Source of the DNA: Myxococcota bacterium
GTDB taxonomy: Bacteria > Myxococcota_A > UBA9042 > PHBI01 > JAWLBL01
Length of the DNA stretch: 34,575 nt
Reading direction: 5' to 3'
Assembly: GCA_041687695.1 (NCBI GenBank)
Contig: JAWLBL010000010.1
Location: 1 to 34,575 of the forward strand
In this document: piece after piece, positions 25,487 to 34,575 of the stretch
How positions within the stretch are numbered: position 1 is the stretch's first letter
Layout of the letters: each line of letters starts with the position of its first letter
Made by a program: the position numbers and the translations under genes
The notes under the pieces: model-generated
What the model was told of the DNA's origin: nothing
The model's input: only the letters and a program-made list of their open reading frames with translations
Database searches by the model: none

Positions 25487-27730
25487 TCAGAGGGTGGCGG
25501 CCAGCTCGAGCCAGAGGGCGGCGGCGAGGCCGTCGGGGCTGGCGTGGAGGGCGGGGGTGAGGGCGAAGTGGAGGTGGCCGAAGCTACGGGTGAGGCGGGC
25601 GGCGAGCTCGCCGGAGAGGGCGGGGGCGGGGTAGGGGAGCAGGTAGAGGTTGGCCATGGGCGCCAACTCGAGGCCGCCTCGGACGGGGAGGCGGAAGCGG
25701 GTGTCGGCCGAGAGGCGGTGGAGGCCGGGGGCGCCGGCTTCTCGTAGGAGGCGGGCCGCGACGACGTCGAGGGGGCCGAGGGTGCCGAGGACGTCGCCGT
25801 GGGGGGCGAGGAAGGCGGTGGAGGTGCCCTGGTAGGGCGTGGGGTCGCCGCTCCAGAAGGTGTAGCGCAGGGTGAGCGGGTCGCGGCGGCGGGTGAGGGC
25901 GAAGCCCCAGGCCACCGAGGCGCGGGCGGCGAAGATGGGGAGGGCGCCGGTGTCGCCGAACTGGAGGTCGAGCGTCGCGCGGCCGCCGAGGGCGTTGGGG
26001 GACCAGGTGGAGTCGAGGCCCAGGGTGTGGCGGGTGAGGCCGGGCGCCACCTCGGTGAGCCAGGTGAGGCCGTGGCTGCCGCGGTACGAGGGGGCGTACC
26101 AGAGCGTCGCGCCGGCGAGCCAGTCGCCGCCCGCGCGGTCGAGGGCGCCCAGCTCGGGCACGCCACCCGCGAGGAGCTTCAAGGCCCACGGCGCCCGATA
26201 GGCGTCGAGCGTGACGCCGTCGACGAAGGCGCCCCCGGTCTCGCGGACGCGGCCGCCCAATAGGCGCTCGGGGAAGCGCAGCGGGTGGACGCGCGCGCCG
26301 GCCGGCGACAGGTCGAGGCGGCCGGCGGTCAACCGGACGTAGGAGCCGGCCTCGCCCCGCAGGTCGAAGCCGAACCCCAGCGACTGGACGCGCGCGTCAG
26401 TGGGCGCGCCGCGGGCCGAGCCGCCCTCGGCGGCGCCGTGAGACGCAAGGCCCAGCGCGCTGGCGAACACGCGGCTATGTGCCCATCCCCGCTGAAAGCC
26501 CATGGCAGCTCGTTCGGAAGCGAACAGGCCAGCGTCCTGCGGCGCGAGCGCGCCACCCCAGGCGCCGCCGGCGGACGCGTCGAGCTGGACCCAGAGCGCC
26601 TTCGCTGGGGGACTCTGCGCGGCGGGCGCGCGGCCGGGACCTGCGCCCGATGGCGCCGGCGCGGCCACCTTGGAGAGCTGCAGCGTCGTGACCATGGGGA
26701 TGAAGCCGGTCGAGCGGCCCCGCTGGTCCAGACAGGCCAGCTGGCCGGGGGCGTCGCCGATGCCGAGGACGCAAGGCATCCCGTTGCTCCCAGTCAGACG
26801 TCGGGTCTTGGCCGCGACCTGGCGCGGGGCGAACGGCTCGCCCTTCTTGGACCAGAACGCCCCGTGGCAGTGGACGTCGCCGGCCGCCGTCCGCGCGCAG
26901 GTGACCTTCTGGCCCAGGGCGACCTCGACCACCGGGGGCAGCCCCGACACGCGCGTGGGCGTGGCCACGCACCGGCTCTGGGGGCCCGGCCCGACCATCC
27001 CCGAGCCGTTGTGACCCCAGCACCACAGCTCGCCCTGCTCGGTGACGGCGCACATGGTCCCTTGGTACGTCTCGATCGCCACCGCCCCGGGCAGGCCGAC
27101 CACCGGGCCGACCTCGCGGCTGGGGTCGAAGTGGCCCCGCCCGAGCCCGCCGCATCTATTGCTGCCCCAGCAGACCACCTGGCGTTCGGCGGTCACCGCG
27201 CAGGACGTGGCGCCGATCGCGACGTCGACGACCGGGCCGCCGACGTCCAGCGGCGCCGGGGCCCGCTGCTTCCTGCGGGCCCAGCCCTCGAGGTCGGGGT
27301 CGAAGCGGTCGGCCCGGCCCCAGCAGACCAGCGCGCCCCCCTCTCGCAGCGCGCAGGTCAACGATTCGTCACTCGCGACCGAGCGCGCGCCCGTCACCCC
27401 GGCGACGGGCACGAGGCTGGTCTCCGCCCCCTTGGCGGCGCACAGCTTCGGCGCGCTCCAGACCGCGCCGTCCGAGGTGACGAGCCACACGGTCGCCTGG
27501 CTCGGCTCGAGGTCGACGAAGCGCTCGCCCTGGGGGGGCGCGACCTGTCGCCACTCCGAGCGGTTCACGCGGCACCGGACCCCGGCCTCGTCGAGCAAGC
27601 ACAGGCAATGGGGGGAGAGCTCGGCGTCGAGGATCGGAGGGCCCGGAACAGGCGGCTCGGCGGCCCAGCCGGCGGGTGCCGCGAGCGACAGGAGCAAGGC
27701 CCCAAGGAGCCGGCGCAGGGAGGCCGCCAT
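25487..27730 (-). CDS. Secreted RCC1-repeat protein fused to a C-terminal alginate-export-like outer-membrane barrel
   Basis: Signal peptide MAASLRRLLGALLL; RCC1 motifs VCWGSNRCGGLG and WCWGHNGSG; C-terminal amphipathic strands with SGD...F..PHG; TGATG coupling to the upstream gene. Confidence 0.8.
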   Translation of the reverse strand: MAASLRRLLGALLLSLAAPAGWAAEPPVPGPPILDAELSPHCLCLLDEAGVRCRVNRSEWRQVAPPQGERFVDLEPSQATVWLVTSDGAVWSAPKLCAAKGAETSLVPVAGVTGARSVASDESLTCALREGGALVCWGRADRFDPDLEGWARRKQRAPAPLDVGGPVVDVAIGATSCAVTAERQVVCWGSNRCGGLGRGHFDPSREVGPVVGLPGAVAIETYQGTMCAVTEQGELWCWGHNGSGMVGPGPQSRCVATPTRVSGLPPVVEVALGQKVTCARTAAGDVHCHGAFWSKKGEPFAPRQVAAKTRRLTGSNGMPCVLGIGDAPGQLACLDQRGRSTGFIPMVTTLQLSKVAAPAPSGAGPGRAPAAQSPPAKALWVQLDASAGGAWGGALAPQDAGLFASERAAMGFQRGWAHSRVFASALGLASHGAAEGGSARGAPTDARVQSLGFGFDLRGEAGSYVRLTAGRLDLSPAGARVHPLRFPERLLGGRVRETGGAFVDGVTLDAYRAPWALKLLAGGVPELGALDRAGGDWLAGATLWYAPSYRGSHGLTWLTEVAPGLTRHTLGLDSTWSPNALGGRATLDLQFGDTGALPIFAARASVAWGFALTRRRDPLTLRYTFWSGDPTPYQGTSTAFLAPHGDVLGTLGPLDVVAARLLREAGAPGLHRLSADTRFRLPVRGGLELAPMANLYLLPYPAPALSGELAARLTRSFGHLHFALTPALHASPDGLAAALWLELAATL

Positions 27731-29955
27731 CAGAACACCACCGGGTGACGGGCCGCGAGGACCAGCCAGGCTCGCCACTCGGGCGCCGACTCGGAGAGCA
27801 GGGTCCCGCCGCCGAGCTGCAGGGCGAGCGAGCCGGGGAGCGCGAGCGACGCCCAGCCCGACAGCTCGTGGCCGAGCAGCGGTCCGCCGCCCGGCAGGGA
27901 GCCGAGGCCGAGACGATGGGCCTCGAGCCGGGCCAGGAAGGTCTCGGACCCCTCGTAACTCAGGGCCAGGCGCAGGTCTTCGAGGCCATGGCCGGCCTCG
28001 TCGCTTCGGGCCACCCAGGCGAGATCGAGCAGCCCGAAGCGGCCGTGGCGCTGGCCGAAGGGCGCGAGGAAGCGGGTCGACGGGCCGCGATCGGGTGCGT
28101 CGTCGCCGGTCAGGTGGTCCCAGCCCAGCTCGACCGTCAGCGGAAGCCGCGCGGTGGGCACCCAGCGCAGGTTGGCCTCGCCCATCGCGGCGAGCGCGAC
28201 CTGATCGCCGGACGGCCCGGACTGCAGCGACAGGGCGAGGTGGAGGCCGAGGTCGCTGCGGAACGGCAGGGCCACGGCGCCTCGCAGGGTGTGCAGGCGT
28301 TGGTCGCCGTGCGACCCAGTGTAGAGGTAGGTCAGGGTGGGCGACACCAGCGTCGGGGCGAGGCTGGTGGCCGTCAGGGCGACGAGGCCCCCCTGCGAGG
28401 CGACGCGCTCTAGGTCGCGCGCGACGACGGCGCCTGTGAGGAGATCGAAGCGCCAGCCGGGGGTGACCAGCTGGGCTGCCAGGCCGTCGACCCGCTGGCC
28501 GCCCTCCCACTGGCGGTCGTCCAGCAGGACCGCGGGGTGCGCGGTCGACGGGCGCAGGCGGCCCACCTCGGCCACGAGGGGGCGGTCGGACGGCCATGAG
28601 CGCTTGATGTGGTAGGCGACGCTCGCCTCGCGCAGCCAGGCCGAGCGCCACAGCGGTGGGTAGCTGGGCTCACCTTGGGGAGACAGCGGCGAGGCGAGGG
28701 TGGCCTCGACCGACAGGTCGAGCGCGAGCAGGTCGTAGGCGCGCCGGGCGGTGAGCGCGACCCGGTGATCCTGCAGCAGCCGCCCTTCGAGATCGGCGCC
28801 GAGCCGGCTCCAGATCTCGAGCGGCATCATGTGGGGCGAGGCGACCGTGGGGAGCGAGCTCGCCGGCTCGGGAAGGGTGAGATAGCGCGGCTGGACGTTC
28901 GGCAACGGCTTGCGGTCACGATCGGCCAGCGGCCAGCAGGCGACCCGGCCGTCCTCGGTGAGCGCGCAGCCTTCGTTGCCCAGGACGACGACGGTCCGCG
29001 CCGGGGGGACCCGCGGCACCGGGACGAGCTCCGGCGGGGACCCCTGGACGTGGATGCGGCAGGCCGGGGAGCGGCCGTGGAAGGCGACGCACTTGGCCAG
29101 CTCGATGTCGCCGCCGCGGATGGAGCGCCCCTGGGGGACCGGGGTGAGGGTGAAGCCGGCGAAGCCGAACGGCTCGGGGGTGCCGGGGAGCGGCGGCGCC
29201 CCGAGGCCGGGGGAGCAGGACAGGCCGCCGCCCCGGTGTCGGATGCAGTACAGCCGCGGTCGCACGGAGATGTCGACGGCGTCGTCGAAGCCGTCGAGGC
29301 GGCGCGGTCGGTGACGGGGCGGCGCCCCGGGGGCGGGCTCGTCGTGGCTGAGCGAGCCCCACCACCAGACCTCGCCGGAGGCGGTGCGGGCCAGGGTCAG
29401 CCCGTTGGCGCAGGCGACCTGGACGAAGGGCGGCGCGTCGAGGACAGGCAAGGCCCCCGTCGACTCGTAGATGCCGCGGCGGCCCAGCTGCCCGCGGGAG
29501 TTGGAGCCCCAGCACAGGGCGCGGCCGCCGGCGTCGACCGCGCAGGCGTGGCCGCCGCCGGTGGACACGTCGACCGCGCCGCGGACCCCGGGGACCCGGC
29601 GCACGGGCGAGGTCGGCGTTCTGGGCAACCAGGCGCTGACGTCGCCCCACTGGAACACCTCGCCGCTGCGCGAGCGAGCGACGGTGAGGGACCCTCCGGC
29701 GGCGATCTGGGCGATGGACGGCAGGCCGGCGACCCGGTGGAGCCGTCCCACGCGGGTGGCGTCGTTGTCGGGCGCGCGGCCGAGCTGACCGCGGGTGTTG
29801 TGGCCGCGGCACCAGACGGCGCCCGAGTCGAGCAGGACGCACAGGTGCGAGTCTCCGCGGACCAGCTGGACGACGCCGGTGAGGGCGGGGGCCGCGTGGG
29901 CGGACGGCGCGGCGAGGGAGAGGAGCGTGGCCAGGGCGGCCAGTGAGGCGTTCAT
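27730..29955 (-). CDS. Secreted RCC1-repeat protein fused to a C-terminal alginate-export-like barrel (paralogue)
   Basis: Signal peptide; WCRGHNTRGQLG and CWGSNSRGQLG; LREASV, EVGR, TGDD...FLAPFGQRHGRFGLLD and GHELS; terminal Phe. Confidence 0.82.
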   Translation of the reverse strand: MNASLAALATLLSLAAPSAHAAPALTGVVQLVRGDSHLCVLLDSGAVWCRGHNTRGQLGRAPDNDATRVGRLHRVAGLPSIAQIAAGGSLTVARSRSGEVFQWGDVSAWLPRTPTSPVRRVPGVRGAVDVSTGGGHACAVDAGGRALCWGSNSRGQLGRRGIYESTGALPVLDAPPFVQVACANGLTLARTASGEVWWWGSLSHDEPAPGAPPRHRPRRLDGFDDAVDISVRPRLYCIRHRGGGLSCSPGLGAPPLPGTPEPFGFAGFTLTPVPQGRSIRGGDIELAKCVAFHGRSPACRIHVQGSPPELVPVPRVPPARTVVVLGNEGCALTEDGRVACWPLADRDRKPLPNVQPRYLTLPEPASSLPTVASPHMMPLEIWSRLGADLEGRLLQDHRVALTARRAYDLLALDLSVEATLASPLSPQGEPSYPPLWRSAWLREASVAYHIKRSWPSDRPLVAEVGRLRPSTAHPAVLLDDRQWEGGQRVDGLAAQLVTPGWRFDLLTGAVVARDLERVASQGGLVALTATSLAPTLVSPTLTYLYTGSHGDQRLHTLRGAVALPFRSDLGLHLALSLQSGPSGDQVALAAMGEANLRWVPTARLPLTVELGWDHLTGDDAPDRGPSTRFLAPFGQRHGRFGLLDLAWVARSDEAGHGLEDLRLALSYEGSETFLARLEAHRLGLGSLPGGGPLLGHELSGWASLALPGSLALQLGGGTLLSESAPEWRAWLVLAARHPVVF

Positions 29956-32288
29956 GGCGCGGGCGCTCGTGGCGGGGGGGACGGCGGGATGACCTCGAGC
30001 GCGTGCTCGAGCGCGCGGGCGGTGCCGGGGAAGAGCTTGCGGTGCACGCCCTTGCAGTGCTCGCGGCACAGGCGCTCGAGATCGGGGCGGGCGGGCGCGG
30101 CTTCGGGGCCGAAGGCGGCGAGGGCGTCGGCCACGTGCTCGAGCAGCGGGATCCAGGGCTGGGGGCGAGCCACGTAGGCCATGAGATCAGGGAGCGCGGC
30201 GCGCCCGGCGGTGCCGATGTGGACCAGCGCGGCGCCCGCCTTCAGCGCGACGCGCCCGTCCCGGTCGACGAGCTTGGCGCGAAGGCCGGCGACCGGGTCG
30301 GCGTGTCCTGCGACCAGCTCGCGGATCGCCTCGGCGCGGGCGGCGAGGGCGCGGCGGGCTTCGGGGGAGCGGCTGGCCAGGACGTCGGCCATGACGGCGC
30401 GCTGGGGCGAGCGCGGGGAGAGCAGGCCGAACACGAGCAGGCCGTCCGACGCCTGCTGGTCGTGGGTGACCTCGGCGAGCAGCAGCGCGACGCCCGCGGC
30501 GTGTCGGGGGGTGTGGACAGGGACGGCCCGCAGGGCATCGACGAGGGCGGCGGGGGCCTTGGCGTGCAGGTAGGGCAGCACCTGCAGCACGGTCTTCAGG
30601 TGGCGATCGGAGTCCGTCGCCCGGCCCAACGACTCGACCCACTCGGCGCGGGTCTCGGCCGGAGGGTCGAGCGCGAGCAGCAGCGCGGCGGCGGCCGGCG
30701 AGGCGGGGTCGCGGGCGCGGGCGAGGCGCGCGAGGGCCTCGGCAGTGCGCGGGTCGGCGGCCGAGGTCGCGGCTGCGACGCGGAGGGCGTGGACGTTGGA
30801 GTGAGCCTGCCAGGCGTGGGGGGCGGGGCGAAGCAGCGCCGGAAGCAGCGGCACGGCCGGGGCCGCCGCGGGCCCGAACCGGGCGAGCGCATCGAGGAGG
30901 AGACCGCGGTCGGGGTTGGGGGTGACGTATTGGAGCCTGGCGCTGTGTTCGAGGGGGGTGCTGACGGTGGCGGCGAGGGCGTCGAGCAAGGCGGGCAGGG
31001 CGGCCGGGTCGGTGGTCTCGGTGGCGGCGAGGGCCTGGCGGGCGAGATGGCGGGCCGCGGGATCGCGACAGGCTTCGAGCAACTCGGGCAAGGCGGGGCG
31101 GGCCTCGTCGCGCAAGCGGAGCAGGCCGGCGGCGGCGGCCTTGCGGACCTCGGGGGCGGGGTCGGAGAGCGCGCTGGCGAGGAGGCGGGCGGCCGGGCGT
31201 CCCGGGAGCGACGAGAGCACCAGGACGGCGTGGCGGCGCGTGGCGCTGCGGTCGGCCTCGAGGAGTCGACTCACCGGGGTGATGACCGTAGGGCCGATGG
31301 CGCCCAGGGCCTTGGCGGCGGCGTCGGCGGCGCGCGCGTCGGGGGGCTGCTCGAGCAGCGCGATGAGCGAGGGGGTGGCGGCGCGCGCCTCGGCGCGGAA
31401 GGTCGCGAGCACCCCGGCCACGACGGCCGCGGTCTCGGAGCTGCGTTGGTCGAGCTCGGCGATCAGGTGCGGGACGGCGGCCTCACCAATGGCTCGTAGG
31501 GCGGTCTGCGCGTTCTGCGTGATGCTGGCCTCGAGCTCGCGGCGACGGCGGTCGTCTTCGAACGGCGATACGGCGGAGCCGCCGCTGGCGCGGCGCGGGG
31601 GCTGTGCGCGCTCGACGGCCGGCTCGGCCCGCGCGAGCAGCGCCTCGATGAGGCAGGGCGCGGCGGGGGCGGCGGCGGGACCCAGGCGCCCCAGCGCGTA
31701 GGCGGCGTCGCGACGGGTCTCGAGGCGCTCGGCGGAGAGGCCGGCCACGAGCCAGGGGAGGGCGGCGGGGCCCATGTTGGTGGCGAGGTAGCCGTGTCCC
31801 ATCGAGGCGAGGGTCAGCGCGTCGGGCGCGGCACCGGGGCCGAGGCGGCCAAGGGCCTGGGTGACCTTGCGGCGAACGTCGGCGTCGGGATGGGGCAGCC
31901 GGGCCATCAGCTCCGAGCGGATGAGCGCCGCTGGGGGGCCGAGCCGAGCGAGCCGAGCCAGCTCGTCGATGGTGAGCGAGTCGGCCGGCCGCGCGGCGAG
32001 GTAGGCGCAGGCGGCGGCGAGGCGCGTGTCGGCGGGGAAGTCGTGCAGGACGGCGGCGGCCTTGGGGTCGTTGGTCTCGAGGGCGCGGAGGACGTAGCGG
32101 AGCTCGTGCTTGGGGACCCGTTGGAGGGCCGGGTCCTGGCAGGCCTGTTCGGCTGGCGGCTCCGGCGGGGGCGGGGTGCGGGGACAGCCGGCGGGCGCGG
32201 GCGCGGTGGCGCAGGCGCCGAGCAGCGTCGCGAGGGTGAGCGCGACCAGGGCGCCGAACGCCGGAGGTCGTGATTCGTGAAGCGGCAT
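29952..32288 (-). CDS. HEAT-repeat lipoprotein
   Basis: Lipobox LLGAC; repeated HPDADVRRKVTQALGRLG, RRDAAYALGRLG and SDPAPEVRKAAA; ATGA coupling to the next gene. Confidence 0.85.
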   Translation of the reverse strand: MPLHESRPPAFGALVALTLATLLGACATAPAPAGCPRTPPPPEPPAEQACQDPALQRVPKHELRYVLRALETNDPKAAAVLHDFPADTRLAAACAYLAARPADSLTIDELARLARLGPPAALIRSELMARLPHPDADVRRKVTQALGRLGPGAAPDALTLASMGHGYLATNMGPAALPWLVAGLSAERLETRRDAAYALGRLGPAAAPAAPCLIEALLARAEPAVERAQPPRRASGGSAVSPFEDDRRRRELEASITQNAQTALRAIGEAAVPHLIAELDQRSSETAAVVAGVLATFRAEARAATPSLIALLEQPPDARAADAAAKALGAIGPTVITPVSRLLEADRSATRRHAVLVLSSLPGRPAARLLASALSDPAPEVRKAAAAGLLRLRDEARPALPELLEACRDPAARHLARQALAATETTDPAALPALLDALAATVSTPLEHSARLQYVTPNPDRGLLLDALARFGPAAAPAVPLLPALLRPAPHAWQAHSNVHALRVAAATSAADPRTAEALARLARARDPASPAAAALLLALDPPAETRAEWVESLGRATDSDRHLKTVLQVLPYLHAKAPAALVDALRAVPVHTPRHAAGVALLLAEVTHDQQASDGLLVFGLLSPRSPQRAVMADVLASRSPEARRALAARAEAIRELVAGHADPVAGLRAKLVDRDGRVALKAGAALVHIGTAGRAALPDLMAYVARPQPWIPLLEHVADALAAFGPEAAPARPDLERLCREHCKGVHRKLFPGTARALEHALEVIPPSPPPRAPAP

Positions 32289-32597
32289 CCGACTCCCGAA
32301 GGGACGAGGGCCGGGCGACTGTAGCCCGGCGGGCCGGGTTCGACCAGCGGTCCCGGAAGGGCCTCCTTCACCTGCGACGCGGCGCCGTCCCGTCGGCAAT
32401 GAGTGGGCACTTGCGGGTCGTCACTGCGGGGCCGGGAATTGCGAGGCAGAACCGATGGCGCAGCTGTCTTTTCGATGCTGGGATGAGCGGGGTCGGAGGA
32501 GGCGATTGGGGTGGGCACGGTGCGGGGGCGGGGATGGGGCCCGGGTATGGGGTCGGCGGGGCGGGTGTGCGATGACTCGTGGAAAAGGAGATTCGCC

Positions 32598-32783
32598 ATG
32601 CCCCATCCCGTTGGTGAGCGGCTCTGCTGTGACTCGTGCGGAGCCGAGATCGTGTTCACGAAGCCCTGTCCCTGCCCCGAGCGCGAGCCCAAGCAGCACT
32701 CGGACATGTGCTGCGGCAAGGAGATGCGCTCGCTGGGGGTCGACAAGAAGTTCGACCCGTCGCGTCCTCAGGCGCGGCCCTGA
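32598..32783 (+). CDS. Desulforedoxin-like small metal-binding protein (61 aa)
   Basis: AAGGAG RBS; CDSCG...CCGKEM pattern with additional Cys residues. Confidence 0.75.
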   Translation: MPHPVGERLCCDSCGAEIVFTKPCPCPEREPKQHSDMCCGKEMRSLGVDKKFDPSRPQARP

Positions 32784-32789
32784 ACGAAG

Positions 32790-32831
32790 CGCCCTTGGCC
32801 ACCCCCGGTCGACGGGTGGTGGCCAAGGGCG
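32790..32831 (+). terminator. Stem-loop downstream of the small metalloprotein gene
   Basis: Perfect 14-bp stem CGCCCTTGGCCACC / GGTGGCCAAGGGCG; weak U-tract. Confidence 0.6.
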
Positions 32832-32893
32832 TCGTTCGCTGAGGCTTGACGAGGGCTGGGTTGAGCGGAGGGCGGGGCGTGCCGGGGATTGCA

Positions 32894-33034
32894 GGCGTTA
32901 CCGCGGAAACGTCGTCGGAGCGGCGGCGGGAGTCGATGCGGCGGGGGGCGCCGGGGAGTTCGGGCGTTACCGCGGAAACGTCCTGGGGGGCGATCGGGGG
33001 GCGTCGTCGATGGAGGCGTTACCGCGGAAACGTC
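32894..33034. repeat. Second cluster of three parS-like palindromes
   Basis: Identical GGCGTTACCGCGGAAACGTC at 32894, 32963 and 33015. Confidence 0.92.
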
Positions 33035-33198
33035 AGGGGGGCGGCGGCCGGAATCGATGGGGGCTGGGTCGGGTCGAGCGGCGGGGGCGTCGGGCCGAAA
33101 AGGCGCTTGCGACGAGTGGGCCGGGACGGTAGAGCGGGGGCCGCCCGTCGTGGCCGCTGGCGGCGGCGGGCGGTGACGTTGCCGTTCGTGGAGCTGTC

Positions 33199-34575
33199 AT
33201 GCGACTCAGCCGGATCTCGTGCGTTGGCCTGTTGGTTTTGGCGATGGCGGCGTGTGGGGACGAGCCCAGCGGGACCTCGAAGACGCCCGACACCATCACC
33301 GAGCCGGATGGCGAGGGCGACGCGACGCCGGACGCGGGCGGCGACGTCGAGGGTGACGCGGGGCCGGACGTCGAGGGCGACGGCGGGGGAGACGCCGGGC
33401 CGGACGTGGAGCCGGACGTCGAGACGGATGTCGACCAGGACGTCGGGCCGGACGTGCCGGACGCGCCCGAGGTGGATGTGATCGTCGACCCGTGCGCCGA
33501 GGTGGTGTGCGACCAGCCGCCGGCGCCGTCGTGCGCCGGGGACGTGCTGGTCGAGCCGGCCGAGGTCGGGGCGTGCGTGGTGGTGGACGACGAGGCCACG
33601 TGCGACTACGGGGTCGGGTCGACCAAGACGGTGTGCTCGGCGAGCGGGCTGGTGTGCGTCGAGGGCGCCTGCGTCGAGCCCACCTCGCCTTGCGACGAGG
33701 TGGTCTGCGACGCACCGCCCGAGGCCGGCTGCGAAGGCGACGTGCTGACGACCTATGGGGCCGAGGGGACCTGCGAGGTGGTGGACGGCGAGCCGACCTG
33801 CCAGTACGCGCCCACGGTGACCGACTGCGCCGACGACGGGCAGGTGTGCGACGCCGAGGCGCTGGCCTGCGTGACGCCGGTCGACCCCTGCGCCGAGGTG
33901 GTCTGCGACGCGCCGCCGGGGCCCAGCTGCTCGGGCAACGTGCTGACCAAGTACCCGGCCATCGGCAAGTGCCTGCCCGGCGACGGCACGCCGGTCTGCC
34001 ACTACGGCCCCATCCAGAACAACTGCACGAGCACCAACCGGGTGTGCGACGTCAAGGCCGTCGCCTGCGTCGACCCGTGCGTCGGCGTGGTGTGCGAGGA
34101 GCCGCCCGCCGCCAGCTGCGACGGCCACGTGCTGACGACCTGGGCGCCCGCCGGGACCTGCAGCAACGTCGGCGCCGAGGTCACCTGCAACTACGTCAAG
34201 ACGGTCACCAACTGCGCCGCCAGCGGCGACACCTGCGACCCCGCGACGCTGGCCTGCGTCGACCCCTGCATCGGCGTCGCCTGCGACGCGCCGCCGGCCG
34301 ACGGGTGCGAGGGGCATGTCCTGAGCGTGTACCCGGCGCAGGGCGTCTGTGTGGCCACGGCCGGCGAGGCGGCCTGTGAGTACGCCGCGACGGTGACCGA
34401 CTGCGCGGCCAGCGACGACGCCTGCGACCCGGACGCGCTGGCCTGCGTGGATCCGTGCCTGGACGTGGTGTGCGACGCGCCGCCGGCGGACGGGTGCGAG
34501 GGGCACGTCTTGAGCGTGTACCCGGCGCAGGGCGTCTGTGTGGCCACGGCCGGCGAGTCGGCCTGTGAGTATACG
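33199..34575 (+). CDS. Cys-rich tandem-repeat lipoprotein, 3'-partial (absent from the ORF track)
   Basis: MRLSRISCVGLLVLAMAAC lipobox; acidic PDVE linker; ~63-aa DPCxxVxCDxPP..C.G..L repeats with 8 Cys each; frame open to the window end. Confidence 0.88.
   Translation, partial: MRLSRISCVGLLVLAMAACGDEPSGTSKTPDTITEPDGEGDATPDAGGDVEGDAGPDVEGDGGGDAGPDVEPDVETDVDQDVGPDVPDAPEVDVIVDPCAEVVCDQPPAPSCAGDVLVEPAEVGACVVVDDEATCDYGVGSTKTVCSASGLVCVEGACVEPTSPCDEVVCDAPPEAGCEGDVLTTYGAEGTCEVVDGEPTCQYAPTVTDCADDGQVCDAEALACVTPVDPCAEVVCDAPPGPSCSGNVLTKYPAIGKCLPGDGTPVCHYGPIQNNCTSTNRVCDVKAVACVDPCVGVVCEEPPAASCDGHVLTTWAPAGTCSNVGAEVTCNYVKTVTNCAASGDTCDPATLACVDPCIGVACDAPPADGCEGHVLSVYPAQGVCVATAGEAACEYAATVTDCAASDDACDPDALACVDPCLDVVCDAPPADGCEGHVLSVYPAQGVCVATAGESACEYT

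Noticed and set aside
27731..28651. N-terminal extension making a 1054-aa ORF
   Set aside because: Overlaps the upstream paralogue in another frame; the signal peptide starts at 27730.
32894..33034. Possible mini-CRISPR (three identical 20-bp repeats)
   Set aside because: Repeat too short, spacers unequal (49 and 32 bp) and G-rich, no cas genes, and the same palindrome occurs at 11.2 kb with homologous spacers.
1..34575. tRNA, rRNA, integrase, transposase or prophage genes
   Set aside because: None recognised by eye; tRNAscan-SE and Rfam searches would be needed to exclude small RNAs.

Overview
Very GC-rich bacterial DNA whose protein repertoire (Cys-rich lipoproteins, HEAT and RCC1 repeat proteins, extra PilT paralogues) points to Myxococcota; this taxonomy is inference. 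Left arm (1-11.1 kb): an operon of a HEAT-repeat/PilT fusion plus a second PilT, both with degenerate catalytic motifs, an orphan multi-PAS/GAF histidine kinase, two lipoproteins and two hypotheticals. Middle (about 11.2-25.5 kb): an accessory/defence region. It contains a Phd-VapC toxin-antitoxin pair, three near-identical ~145-bp promoter+RBS+leader-ORF modules each placed before a different cargo gene, a DUF262 + HEPN pair, a convergent REase-C5 methylase-Vsr operon, an orphan ABC-type ATPase interrupted by a 61-bp insert, an unknown helical protein next to a ~42-bp phased array of AGGK-N4-ACCT sites, an Mrr-like nuclease and small membrane genes. Right arm: a coupled operon of a HEAT lipoprotein and two RCC1/beta-barrel fusions, a desulforedoxin-like mini-protein and a Cys-rich repeat lipoprotein running off the window. 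Two triplet clusters of a 16-bp parS-like palindrome (CGTTWCCGCGGWAACG) lie at 11.2 kb and 32.9 kb. No integrase, transposase, tRNA, rRNA or CRISPR array was recognised. Best candidates for undescribed systems: the triplicated promoter-leader cassette array, the 42-bp phased array with its orphan gene, and the parS-like clusters. All family calls come from reading motifs by eye; no database search was run.
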